A DNA stretch of 64,000 nt from Phoronis australis (Eukaryota; Animalia; Phoronida). The DNA lies in the NCBI GenBank assembly GCA_002633005.1, contig NMRA01000479.1, positions 92,730 through 156,729 of the forward strand, given 5' to 3'. Below, piece after piece: positions 52,101 through 62,000 of this stretch (position 1 is its first letter; every line of letters begins with the position of its first letter). The notes beneath the pieces were generated by a model, which had not been told where the DNA came from, did not search any database, and saw only the letters and a list, made by a program, of their open reading frames with translations. The translations under genes were made by a program, and so were the position numbers.

Positions 52101-55100
52101 ACAGAGCGTAAATTTGACGAATCCTAGCTTCCGATTTTACCCGTTTGGGAAACCGGGTTTCAACTGCCGTAGGCTACAATAAGCGTCCCTTCCCTGTGAA
52201 ATGAATTTTTCTAAGCGTTTATTGGAGCCAATACAGTATACAGCTTTCCACCAAGGCTAGGTGATGTTATGATATTATTCTTTGTTGCATTAGTAACTGG
52301 TCTTGGCTAATTATCATTTTATGGCCTGGTCTTCCATTCAGCCTCAGGTAGTTCCAGAGGTGGCTTATCAGCTAATTATTCACACATGCTGACTCACAAT
52401 AGAAGCCTGATAAGAGTGAAGGTGGATAAATGCGGTGTTCCTACAGTTTCTTGTGGTAGTGGATGTGTTTACGACATGACTTGTCTGAGAACGTCTCTGT
52501 TCCTAAATACATGAAAGTTGCACAGAAAATGGCATCGTTCGCTAAGTGGGAAATCGTATTCATGGTCTGATTCATCAAGCACTTGAGTGCGTCCATATCC
52601 TCTCTCTTTTTTATATGCATAATGTCCAGTTCTCACTCATCGTCCTCATCTTGTGATCTCCTGTGTTCCGCCATTGCAATTGATTGTCAAGTGACCAAAC
52701 GTCTTTCACACATGACATCATTTGGCAGGAAAGTTGGAAAGTACTAATTTGTCAAAATTTAAAAAAAATGTGATTATTTGACGTAAAAAGTGCCTGTTTA
52801 GTTAGATTTTATGGAATTCATCATATATTAGGTAACTGAAACCTCAAAAACTAAGAAAATGCATGGTGGGAACTCTTTTAGTAGTCTAAGCATATTTTTT
52901 CATTTCAGTTTTGAGCAGTAAGGGGGAAAGAAGACAGTGTAGCTACTTTAAATCAGACTGTGTGGAAAGAGTAGGTCTACCAGAATCTTAATGTGTTGGA
53001 AGTCAAGGATTCTTTATTTTCAATTGTCAAAATTTGCATTGTTTGCTGTAACAACAGGGCTAATTTCATAATGAATTGTTGCTTAACAATTAGGATATTA
53101 ACTTTTTTAACAGCTTCAGAATCCTGGCAGAAGATAGAGGTATCTGGCGACATTATGGCCCCTCGGTCATTTCACACATGCGTTCTAGTTACACCCATCA
53201 ACATGTCTCATCCACCTAACAACAGATCTCGCTCCGTGCCTCACCTTAAAGACGAGGAGGCTACCAACTCAACCCGAGCTCAGCGTCCATTCTCCAGTCC
53301 ACCTAAACTTTCACCTGATCACTGTGGACCACCCTTTAAGAACAGGGTATCACCGTTACCCAGTCCGTGTGATAGTAATCAAACATTCATCTCGTCTCCA
53401 CTAAATTCAGCAAAGGAAACAAATTCCATAAAAATGACACTGAAAGACAGACAGTCACATTCTGTCATATCAGATTCTAATGACCATGCACCACTGTTGC
53501 ATGTAAAAGAAGCGCCGACCTGTGATCCTTTTGGGATCGACAATCCAGTGTATCAGAAATCTACAGAGAGTTTGAACCACTCACATTTTAATTCTCAGAG
53601 CAGCATTAGTAGCGAGCACGTACTAGAGGGAGTGAATACCTGGAAACACCATGAAGTGGACAGATTTGTTGAAAAGTATCAACCATCCCAGAGTTGTGCA
53701 GGAGCTGGCTGTGAACAGGCGAGAGCTGCAAAAAGTAAAGGAGAGACTCCAGATATTTTTGTTACGTGTAAAGAATCTCGCAAGAATGAACTATCTCAGG
53801 ATGTAGTAGTGTCTCTACGGAGTAACAGTGTCAGTAACTTTGTTAGTATAATCAAACATAGTGCCAGTGTGGGCAGTGTTTATCATGTGAATCATCATAG
53901 TGAGAATAGGCAACATTTAGTGAAGTGTGCGTCTTTACAGTCATTCCAGCTGAGTTCCAACTTACAATTGCGAGCTGATATACTGCAGGGATTAGGGGAA
54001 GTGAGTCCGGATGGGAATGACCTCTATCTAGAAGATGTTGAAAACTTTGACGATGAATTATGCACGTTAGACACAACGACAGAATGTGAGGGAACAGCAG
54101 GATCCAAGGGTTGTCCACGGTCCAACTGTTCATCATCATGTTCCTGGAGGACAGTATTGGCAGGCGGTGATGATGGTTGGTCGAGAAAGTCGTCAGCTAA
54201 GGTTAGAGGAGTGAACAGACGCTTATTTGTATACAGATGTTTGTTGTTGGACTGTATTAATGTTTCAATAGTGATAAACATTAAGGTTTTATTCAAAGGA
54301 AAGTAAAAGGAACAGGTAACAGTTTCTTATAATTCTTGCAAAGGGGTCCACAACTGGATTGGCTTACTGAAACAATAACAAGCACTATACTGAAAGCGAT
54401 AAACGGGATCATTTAATGGTAACTCCATCTAGTGTTCATACAGTTAATCAGCCTATTTCTCTTTTGGGTGACGATGGTATTGCTTTCAAAAAGAATCTTC
54501 CTTTGGCAACTTTCCAAGTTCAGTCCTAACAATGTTGGACACAAGGACAGAATGTCAAGTTGATACTAGTTATATCTGCAAGTGATCTAAGTGATAAGTG
54601 AGTGTCTTTAACAATGTGGAGCTAATCTTCTGCAATTGTTTTGGGTCAGAGAAGCACACACGGTGGTCATTTCAAATTTATAATTATGTGCTTTTTTCGT
54701 GAACAGCACGCAGTGAAGTTTGTCAACATAGCAAACTTGAAAAGGAATTATCATAATTTGTATGTCATGTTTCTGTGAGTCGTATGGAGGTTACCCTTAG
54801 GATTTGCCCCGACCACTGAATTGTCTTTGAGTCAAACTATTTAAACAGTGTTAAGGGTGCCTTAATGCTCTTTTACAACCTCTTGTAGTCAAGACATAAT
54901 GGCCTTGTACGCAGCAGTGTTGACTCTGGCTATATGAGTCATACCAGGGATGAGGCTGCCACCTGGGGAGCAGATCAGGAGACCAACAGTGTCCCTGTGA
55001 CTCCAGGCATACGTAACCCATCTGTGGATGAGATACACAGTAGATATGCTAGCACTTACGAACTGAGTGAGGAACATACAAGTACTACTAATAGTAAGTC

Positions 55101-56429
55101 AATCTTTTTACCAATTTTCATACAAGTAATACCAATGGTAAGTTTGAAATACCAAATTAGCCACCATAATCCACTGAGCAGGGAACTAAATGGGTTTGCA
55201 GCAAAGTTGATGTTTTGTGTATAACACCAGCATTATTTTGATCTGACTCATGGAATAAATTAACGTACTTCTTAGATTTACTCTTGCACTATGGATTAAG
55301 ATTTTTATTGTCATACATCAAAATTTACGTAGGGGTATGAGGAATTAAATTTTCAATTTACATCATGGTAAAATTACTAACATGGACCAAAGACCAAAGA
55401 AAGTTTAGCCAAGACAGTCATGCCCTTGTTACTGATGCGTTAAAATGTTTCAAAAACTTCATCAATATTCCTTGTGTAGAGTCGTCTTTACTAATAAGCA
55501 GAGTGTTCAAACTTTGATAAAACTGAGTCCAAGAATGTTTGTTGGCAGTTGCTGTGAAGAAAACCTGGGAGAGTGCTGGTGAGAGGCCAAAGATTCACGG
55601 TCGGTCTAACACTGCTCCCCAGTCTCTGACTATTACCACTACCAACAGAGTACGTCGTAAACCTCAGGTGAAGCAAGCAGAATGTATTTCTGATCTTGGT
55701 CTTGCATAAATGCACATCAGTTACGTCTCTGTTACTTTGCCAGTGATAATTCTGTCCAAGTTTTACACCAGGTTTTAATATGGAATCATGAGCCCAGTTA
55801 CACAATCTGGACTGATTCATACTTCTGTTTAGTCGATATTTGGGACTAAATCGAGGGCAATCCTTGTAAATAACACCATTAATGTTCATAAACTACAGGC
55901 TTGTTTTCATATAAAATGTCATTGGTTAAAATTTTTCTCAATCTTGACCTTCAAATGTCATTGCAGCACTTCTACAGTTTTCACCATTTAGTATGCTACT
56001 AAACCACATGCTTCCACAATATTCGGCACAAAGGATATATCACCAGCTGAAAACTGATTTTATTGTTTAGTGTAGTTGTTTGCTGCCAATCGTCATTTCC
56101 TTTTTTAGTCTTCATTTATTAGTAGCTATCAATATTTATTGGAGACATAAAGACTTTGTTTGTTCTCACGCTTTGTTAAACTTAAATTAAATTCTGTAAT
56201 TAGTTATGGTTCTGTAATTATAGGTGCTGTCTATATTGCTTTGTAATTTCAGATAATCCTACCCGAGGGCGCTGTCTGCATGCTGATGTTGGGTGGTAAG
56301 GAAAGTCAACAGAAGCAGTTAGGACTGTCTCATTTGTCTATCTGGAAATGTGATATACTGCATGGCCAGGCCACACCAAAACAAGTGCAACGTCTGCTAC
56401 AAGAGTCGGCCAGTTACTATGGAAAGTGA
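12712..56429 (+). CDS. Kelch-repeat beta-propeller protein with N-myristoylation motif and EF-hand-like N-terminus (~919 aa, 14 coding exons)
   Basis: join(12712-12775,24970-25063,27761-27858,39903-39979,43342-43561,45516-45595,46600-46675,48056-48214,48699-48857,49952-50095,53114-54201,54889-55093,55549-55667,56253-56429) = 2760 nt; all introns GT-AG, phases match, no internal stop. Kelch motifs such as CSRCKHAT..YMYGG..LW and GRRGHTAV..HIYGG..LW. Confidence 0.8.
12995..13105. repeat. Compound microsatellite (GT)n(GGGA)n(GA)n
   Basis: Directly visible. Confidence 0.95.
13158..13512. mobile_element. Palindromic MITE with ~155-bp arms, 28-nt loop, TA-flanked
   Basis: 13158-13314 is the near-perfect reverse complement of 13343-13512 (one small indel); TA|CAGAATTTG...CAAATTCTG|TA. 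Confidence 0.85.
14967..15457. mobile_element. hAT MITE with 8-bp TSD
   Basis: TIR CAGGCCTTTAT...ATAAAGGCCTG; TSD GTCCGCAG at 14959-14966 and 15458-15465. Confidence 0.9.
15477..16799. mobile_element. TTAA-flanked Kolobok-like element with ~315-bp TIRs and a THAP pseudogene
   Basis: TTAA at 15473-15476 and 16800-16803; arms 15477-15790 and ~16488-16799 are diverged inverted copies. Confidence 0.85.
16250..16539 (-). pseudogene. Frameshifted THAP zinc-finger domain
   Basis: MPRCCCVPGC...CLPKDDTLYRTWL... then, in another frame, VTVGGKHFLPSDYDRDMYAELMKVPAKQRLKKGTIPML; fits THAP CxxxxC..P..W..(C)xxHF..AVPT layout. Confidence 0.8.
19503..24939. mobile_element. ~5.4-kb putative CACTA/EnSpm-like non-autonomous element with subterminal GCAAGCTTGCCGC arrays
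   Basis: Ends CCCATACCA...TGGTATGAG; dense subterminal repeats at 19520-19870 and 24590-24905. No clean TSD, so superfamily is inferred. Confidence 0.55.
21816..23744. mobile_element. Kolobok-like non-autonomous transposon with TTAA TSD
   Basis: TTAA|GGTAGGTGTATACAC ... GTGTATCCACCTACC|TTAA, 15-bp TIR with one mismatch. Confidence 0.8.
24970..25063 (+). CDS. Kelch gene exon 2 (ILQSKVSTLRNFYNTMIMHHFVKDCYIDKATL)
   Basis: TTTCTAG acceptor, GTAAGT donor, phase 1 to 2 links exons 1 and 3. Confidence 0.7.
26140..26530. repeat. Degenerate ~75-85-bp tandem array (CCCCGGGTTACGGCG core)
   Basis: About five diverged units sharing CCCGGGTTACGGC...CACATGGGCATTT. Confidence 0.7.
26536..26771. repeat. 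58-bp tandem repeat x4
   Basis: TGTCAGCCAGTCCGACGAGATTAGACTACTTGGCGGATAAAACTGAACTGAGTTGAGC units. Confidence 0.95.
27761..27858 (+). CDS. Kelch gene exon 3 (THLMPFKSATNSQLCAIFDVEENNRIHWKRVI), EF-hand-like
   Basis: TTTGTAG acceptor, GTACAC donor, phase 2 to 1; only this frame is open. Confidence 0.72.
29162..29233 (-). pseudogene. tRNA-like sequence (SINE head or pseudo-tRNA)
   Basis: Minus strand has A box TGGTGTAGTGG, loop CTCGAAA and B box GGTTCGAATCC, but acceptor and T stems pair poorly. Confidence 0.55.
29761..29924. mobile_element. 164-bp palindromic hairpin element
   Basis: ATAGATTATTAC...CCCTCGGGGC TAAT GCCCCTCGGG...GTAATAATCTAT; arms complementary over nearly the whole length. Confidence 0.8.
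31267..31692. repeat. 30-bp minisatellite x14
   Basis: ATGAGTACATCTGTCACGTGCACTGAGACA units; explains the repetitive ORFs on both strands. Confidence 0.95.
33500..33988. mobile_element. CAGGG-terminated MITE (hAT-like) with 6-bp TSD
   Basis: TIR CAGGGCTTGGAAT...ATTCCAAGCCCTG; AGGAGT at 33494-33499 and 33989-33994. Confidence 0.85.
34545..35899 (+). mobile_element. Full-length Helentron/HINE-like element B
   Basis: 5' TTTTTATGTGTCCACATA..TATGTGTGGAC stem, CGTC microsatellite, core repeats, 3' GTGGGCGCATTTCAAC..TGCTCTTGTT; inserted in a T-run with no TSD. Confidence 0.7.
36204..36340. repeat. 28-bp minisatellite x5
   Basis: TTTTTGTTATGTTTTAATGGCTACTTTG units. Confidence 0.95.
37544..37755. 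mobile_element. Short MITE (CATAGACGGATC-type TIR)
   Basis: CATAGACGGATCCAT ... CTATATCCATCTATG imperfect TIR; no TSD found. Confidence 0.5.
37775..37895. mobile_element. Short MITE (GGCGGATCCAG TIR, Tip100-like)
   Basis: ATAGGCGGATCCAGG ... CCTGGATCCGACCCTG; TIR type related to the 2300-5009 element and to a half-copy at ~30271. Confidence 0.5.
38572..38822. mobile_element. Degenerate palindromic MITE
   Basis: TATTCATGC..TCGACA..TGCTCGAAAATACGA is mirrored by TCGTATTTTCGAGCA..TGTCGA..GCAATGAATA. Confidence 0.55.
39903..39979 (+). CDS. Kelch gene exon 4 (DVYQGNMFVNLNSIVKEIIIGLFGEQ)
   Basis: TTTTTCAG acceptor, CAG|GTACAC donor, phase 1 to 0. Confidence 0.72.
40568..40735. repeat. 24-bp minisatellite x7
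   Basis: AAGCAGTGGTGAATGTAGGTCACT units. Confidence 0.95.
41750..42000. repeat. Degenerate (CAT/CGT)n low-complexity tracts, duplicated
   Basis: Two similar blocks at about 41690-41850 and 41855-42010. Confidence 0.7.
43342..43561 (+). CDS. Kelch gene exon 5 (kelch blade 1)
   Basis: RQAELRNMNG...WKQLSDWPDEKVPCSRCKHATCLYDGRIYMYGGRDMTMGLKDLWSYSL; TTTTCAG acceptor, GTAGGC donor. Confidence 0.9.
45116..45255. repeat. Degenerate 36-bp tandem repeat x4
   Basis: AGTTCACACTTGATGACCCCTAGATCTGAGCTATA-like units; a further copy at ~44174. Confidence 0.75.
45516..45595 (+). CDS. Kelch gene exon 6
   Basis: ASDSWEQIEVIGERPSLLEGHTIVPYK; TTTCTAG acceptor, GTAAAG donor. Confidence 0.9.
46600..46675 (+). 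CDS. Kelch gene exon 7
   Basis: GNLYMFGGEFGFGGKDETPLWIFNV; TTTCCAG acceptor, GTGAGT donor. Confidence 0.9.
48056..48214 (+). CDS. Kelch gene exon 8
   Basis: DSNSWRKF...PAGRRGHTAVISQNAMHIYGGYMDLKGSTSELWTFDF; TTGTAG acceptor, GTAGGT donor. Confidence 0.92.
48699..48857 (+). CDS. Kelch gene exon 9
   Basis: DSESFHLVY...GPRHHHSAVVHGSAMWVYGGNIDLQPRNDLWRWSF; TTGCAG acceptor, GTGAGT donor. Confidence 0.92.
49272..49755. repeat. 16-18-bp minisatellite (AGGACTGATAAACTGTGT) with a higher-order 30-bp tail
   Basis: Directly visible tandem array. Confidence 0.92.
49952..50095 (+). CDS. Kelch gene exon 10
   Basis: NLRKWTKIKRFGPPELFGHSAIKVMDAMLIFGGESSGGQSDQIWRFHF; TTTAG acceptor, GTAAGT donor. Confidence 0.92.
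50305..50590. repeat. Degenerate ~26-bp minisatellite
   Basis: GTTTGTTGTGAACGCAGGGTAATCAG-like units, about 11 copies. Confidence 0.85.
50713..51088. repeat. 42-bp AT-rich minisatellite x9
   Basis: AATAAGTATTACCCAATTATATTGGTCAATTAAGCATTATTT units. Confidence 0.95.
53114..54201 (+). CDS. Kelch gene exon 11 (start of blade 6 plus long Ser/Pro-rich region)
   Basis: TTAACAG acceptor; ASESWQKIEVSGDIMAPRSFHTCVLV then a long open low-complexity frame; AAG|GTTAGA donor (donor less certain). Confidence 0.85.
54889..55093 (+). CDS. Kelch gene exon 12
   Basis: SRHNGLVRSSVDSGYMSHTRDE...EEHTSTTN; TTGTAG acceptor, GTAAGT donor, phase 0 to 1. Confidence 0.75.
55549..55667 (+). CDS. Kelch gene exon 13
   Basis: IAVKKTWESAGERPKIHGRSNTAPQSLTITTTNRVRRKPQ; supplies the phase 1 to 0 bridge; splice sites are weaker. 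Confidence 0.62.
56253..56429 (+). CDS. Kelch gene last exon (completes blade 6)
   Basis: TTTCAG acceptor; IILPEGAVCMLMLGGKESQQKQLGLSHLSIWKCDIL...YYGK*. Confidence 0.8.
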   Translation: MILPEGAVCMLMLGGKESQQKQLGLSHLSIWKCDILHGQATPKQVQRLLQESASYYGK

Positions 56430-58006
56430 GGTCAAGGGTCAACTGTCTCAAGTTTCCCCACAATTATCGTTACAACACTCAGTATCTTATTCAGGGCTGT
56501 ACAAGTTGAATGTGATACTTTTTTAAAGATTGCTATACATCAGTTTCATTGGATATTTAAATGTCTTGTTGTGTCATCTCAGTTTTTGTTTTAACTATTT
56601 TTGTATCATCAAAGATGTTAAATGTTTAGTAATTTATTTTTAAACTGTGTACTTAATTCCCAATTTCTTATAGTTGCTGATAAACAGACATATTGCTGTC
56701 TATTTACATGGTGGGTCTAAAATAGTTTTACTGCAGACTTACTGGTCAACTCATATTTTATAACGAGGACTTGTTCAAGATGTGCTCATTAGCTTACTAG
56801 GTTAAAGTTGCTGTGAAACTGCCTTTTATAAGAAAATAACTTATAATTTATATCCCTTACTGTTAAGTCTCAAATTGTCAGATTAGAAGCGATTTCTGAG
56901 CTTGGATAGATATGCTAGTTCATTACTGCTAGAGATCAGAGGTCAGGCATTAGAAACTTGGCTCGTGTCAAGGCACCTTGTAGTTCATTACTGCTAGAGG
57001 TCAGGCATTAGAAATTTGGCTCGTGTGAAGGCTCCTTGTAGTTCCATCAATATATTTCTACAAGAGCCACTGTACAGTAGTCAAGAAGGCTGCTTATCAG
57101 GAACTCTGATCTAAGGTCCTTTGGTATGGAGCAGAGCAATTGCCACATTAGCAATGACTTCAAGGCAGTATAACACTGGCTGAAATAAATTCACATTAAT
57201 TTGCCATTTTCAATCTGTCTGGCTTCTGAATCGAAGTGAATTTCATGTGAAAAGTTAGGTTAGGATAATTTGCATCCGAAGAAATAAAATTATAAAAGTA
57301 AGCCAAAAATGCTTGGTGCTCTGGTACCCATCAGAGAAATTCTTCGAAACATTGTTTCTGTAGATAATTAGCCTGCGAGTTGCAATGCCAGACTATGGGG
57401 AACACTGTTAGTGTAAAAATTTATTAAAGTAATGGACCAGATTAAAATCTGGATTTTGGCTCAATTTGGAAACTAATATCACCTGGAGTTGCATTTTTTG
57501 TAATGTTTATAAGTTGTCTTTTATGCACCAAGCAAAACCTTCAATGGTCAAAAAGTGGGTTTATAGCATGTTCAAGTCCAAACCTGTTTTACCTTTTCTG
57601 GCTACATGTAATCTTTGAATATTAATTAATATTAATCAAGCACAAAGCAGAACACTTTTCAAATGACATACTGTACCATTTCTTAATGTGAAACCATCTT
57701 TTGTGTCAAACATTTAATAAATGTTTGTAGTTAACCCAAGATTTCAATTTTGTGTCGGATTGCAGCCATCGCTTTTAGTTTCAACGTCGGGTACTGATGG
57801 CGCAATTGTACAAAATGTTCACACCAAAAAGTAGCATCATTAACTGAAATTTTCTATTGGCAATTATTATTTAACACCAAGTTGTGTCAATGTCAACTTT
57901 ATTTATAACTGTTATCTGCTCACTCTAATACATCTTGAACTGAAATCAATTACAATAAATCATGTGGATTCCCTCATTGAACATACTGCCTTGACATCTC
58001 AAAAAC

Positions 58007-58236
58007 TAAAGCCGAAGCCTAACCTGTTGTGACAAACACTAAACCCTAACCCTAACCTGTTGTGACAAACACTAAACCCTAACCCTAACCTGTTGTGACA
58101 AACACTAAACCCTAACCCTAACCTGTTGTGACAAACACTAAAGCCGAAGCCTAACCTGTTGTGACAAACACTAAAGCCGAAGCCTAACCTGTTGTGACAA
58201 ACACTAAAGCCGAAGCCTAACCTGTTGTGACAAACA
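58007..58236. repeat. 33-bp minisatellite x7 with CCCTAA-containing variant units
   Basis: TAAAGCCGAAGCCTAACCTGTTGTGACAAACAC and TAAACCCTAACCCTAACCTGTTGTGACAAACAC units. Confidence 0.95.
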
Positions 58237-58478
58237 AATTCAGCATTAATGGTCTGTCAGTTCTTCTCAAACCAAGTGTTTGTCACTTTAAGTTTAACAA
58301 TCCTTATAAAAATGTAGGACCTGAGTTGCTGGACCAGAGTTCAGCGAATCCGATTAAACCAAATAAAATGAATCCTGACCTGTGATACAGTACAAAGCTG
58401 CATGTCTTCCTTGAGACAACTGCGGACCAGATTTTTCAGGAGACCACAATTAATTTTCGTTTCTCAAATACAGTTAGA

Positions 58479-58701
58479 TAATGTAAGGACATGTATCTAC
58501 CAGTTTAATGTAAGGACATGTATCTACCAGTTTAATGTAAGGACATGTATCTACCAGTTTAATGTAAGGACATGTATCTACCAGTTTAATGTAAGGACAT
58601 GTATCTACCAGTTTAATGTAAGGACATGTATCTACCAGTTTAATGTAAAGACATGTATCTACCAGTTTAATGTAAGGACATAATTGTATCTACCAGTTTA
58701 A
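58479..58701. repeat. 27-bp minisatellite x8
   Basis: TAATGTAAGGACATGTATCTACCAGTT units. Confidence 0.95.
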
Positions 58702-58957
58702 CTTCAATATTACCTGCCTGGATCCAGCAACTTCAATTTAACTTACCACCAAACCAGTGTTTAAATAATGCTCAATTGTGATTATTGCAATTATGTTAAG
58801 ATTAATCAGCTAACTATAACAATCTTTGGGTTAGAAACATACGACAAAGTAAGACTTTTCAGAGTTCAATCAAGCTAACTGCAGAGTGGTAACTGTTAAA
58901 ATCTAAATGTCTTGACCAACAAGTATTGTCAAAAAGTGTGCTAAACGGCACAAAGCT

Positions 58958-59023
58958 TCACTTGCGGAAGATTGCCGAAGTCCCAGGGCCCCGTCGCTGG
59001 GCATTGCATATTACACAATGTTC
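58958..59023 (-). CDS. VPS41: VPS41 last exon
   Basis: EHCVICNAQRRGPGTSAIFRK*; GTTTCAG acceptor. Confidence 0.9.
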   Translation of the reverse strand, partial: EHCVICNAQRRGPGTSAIFRK

Positions 59024-62000
59024 CTGAAACGACAAAGAAAGTTACGATAACTGACATCACGCTGAAATTGTGGTGGCCAAATAGTTATAGACTACACACA
59101 TTGATAACAAATGACTGATCCTAAAATGAGATAATATGTCCGACTCCCTATTAATGGCACTATGTAATATGTTGGGACATTTATGCATTTTAAAAATCAA
59201 ATGAATCCAGATTTGAAAAATAAATTTAGTTCAGACATGGCATACAATCGCCTACAGTTTTATACCTGTTTTGGCATGTGCAACAGAAGGTAGCCCAATT
59301 GAAAATATTAAGGCCCATATATCAATTTTACAACTAGGAATAGCTCACGACTGAACAAAAACCATTGCTTTCAAAAACATAAAATGCAACTGGTTTGTAA
59401 TTCTATACAAAACAGGCCACACGTACCACATCGTGAGCAGGCAGACAATCCTCGTGAAAGGCATGATGACAATAGAATATGACCACATTGCTTGCATGGC
59501 GCAGGTCTGAAAAAAAGAAGCAGACTGTATCGCAGGCCACAGTGTGGAAGTACGAAATGAAGGAGTTGACTGTATGACAGGTCACACAAAGTGAACATCT
59601 GAAATGAAGGAGTAGGCACTATTGCAGGTCGCTAAGAGTGCAGGTCTGAAATGAAGGAATAGACAGTATCACAAGAAGCACAGTATCGTCAAATCTGACT
59701 GCATTCAAGTTCTTTGAGAACTATGAGTAAATACATTTCATGCTTTGCATCCACAAAAAAAGAAAATATTTCCAGAAATTTTCAGCTTTGAAGACATCAT
59801 GGCTTAAGCCTTCATCAGTGTGATGTCTTGCCACTAGGTGTCGCTAGGCGTAATCCAGAGTTGTACATACTGCAGAGTCTGTCAGCATCATTGTCTCTGT
59901 TCATAGGATTATACTGTTTTGAAATCTAAACCGCCTTCCAGCATTCACTACTTGTACAAATTTGCCGTAATTATGCTTTAAAACGCGTTGTGTCCAAACT
60001 ACAATGGTTCTGCATGTTTGGAACATGCACGCTTTCACATTTACGTTGTTCAAAGTGATGCTGAAGTGAGACATTGGGTCCTAAACAGCAATGTCAAACC
60101 CTGTATTACGCCCAGTGACACCTAGCTGCAAGACATCACACTGATGAAGCTTCAGCCATGATACCTTCGAAGCCGAAAATTTCTGGTTATGTTTTCAACT
60201 TATCTATGATTGCAAAGCATGAAATGTATTCACTCATGTATGGAATATCGTGATGAACCTATTTAGAGATGTTCAGAGCTACTTTTGAATATGAGTACCT
60301 AAGTCTATCAAGTTATTCGAAAGTGGTGTACTTCAAGTTAATTTCTGAAATTGAATGTTTCAAAAAAGAAAACTTCTGACATTGGCTTAGATCTAATTCC
60401 AAAAATACTCTGAGCATTAAACTCAAAGAAATACTTTGACTTAATTTCTACACACCAATAGATACGCATGGTAAAATCTCACCAATTTTTAGACAGAATT
60501 ATTACTATTATTATTATTTTAACATTGTTATGAATACTCAAAATTTTTCAAAACATTGTACTAAAAGGACAACTTGAAAATGGTGTAGTATTAATTTGAC
60601 ATGACAATGAAAAAGTTAGTTTCACTCGTTTGTCCTGATGTGTTCTAAATTGGTGATATTGTACCTGACACAGACACACCCGAACTGTGTTCATTCTGAC
60701 ATCAACTCCGACCCTGACATACCAGAACTGAGTTCATTCTGTTATCAAATCAAACACATATCTGAGTTAAGACTCACTGTTGACAATAATTTTGCCGCGG
60801 CAAGCCTGGCATGTGTGATCTTCAACACGCATTGCTCGCTTCTGTGTGATGACCTGTCTCTCCAACAGGTGGACACAGTCGGCAACAAGTATCTTACAAC
60901 ATCCCTCCCGTAGTGAAATCTACAACAAAAACAAAGCGAGTAATGACAGTCAGAGTATAAATTTTAAATACAACTGAATAAAAGAAACAGTGCAGTCAAT
61001 GTTCCCATTTCAATTTGATATTTCTACATATTGCTAGAATGAGTTCACAGGACACATGACATTTGACAAGTGAATGTGTAGCTTTTACCATCTGATATTT
61101 ACAAAATTGAAATGCATGAAAACAGTGGCCTAAATCAGTTGTTTTTTTACAGAAGGTGTGATTTGATTGCTCATTTGAAAACACTTGTATGACTGGTACG
61201 GTCAACTCTGCCTTACAACATGTAGAAACATACAGTGACATACCTGCAGGTTGTAATCCTGAAGTATCTTAACTAGAGAGTCCCTGAGACCATGGATGAC
61301 CATGCCTTCACGAATTTTACCAATCAGTATTATAGGGTCCACGTCAGTACCAATGTTATGCATCAGACCCTTGATGAAGTCTGGGAATAAAACAGTCAAA
61401 TGGTACAACAGAAATGCTGTATTACATAATTATCAAAAGTATTCTAAGAAAAGGAGTTGTCATGACGACTGGGCAGAAGGGAATTGACTCATCTTCATCA
61501 GTGCAGGGAATTGACTCATCTTCATCAGTGCAGGGAATTGACTCATCTTCATCAGTGCAGGGAATTGACTCATCTTCATCAGTGCAGGGAATTGACTCAT
61601 TTTCATCAGTGCAGCCTACCTTCATGCACGAGAATGAAGGTGAACAAACAGGAAAGTTAGAAAGGAGGCTAAACAATCATGTAATTAGAATTTTGTTGAT
61701 ATCAAAGTCATTACCATTCATTTAATATGCTGTTAACAGCTGAAGTAGGCGTCACGGCAGGGGAAACAGTATCTTGCCTGATTACGTTAATGTTCTGTAC
61801 TACATATACAGTTGAAATTACGTATAATCAAATCAACATATCTGTTGAGAACAAAAAGCGTCCTGTTTTCAAGCTCACAATGCCTAAGGTATACCATTCT
61901 GATAAATAACAAAAAAAATTAAAATGCTTTTTCAAAATATTTTTAAAAATGCTTGACAGTCTGTTTTTTCCTGAAATTTTATAATTTTCTGCTTATATTT

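Noticed and set aside
51408-52438. Patchy inverted similarity (TATTTATCCACCTT / AAGGTGGATAAATG)
   Set aside because: Probably an old MITE, but too degraded to define ends.
52993-54306. 437-aa ORF as a standalone gene
   Set aside because: Its ends are intronic read-through; the coding part is exon 53114-54201.
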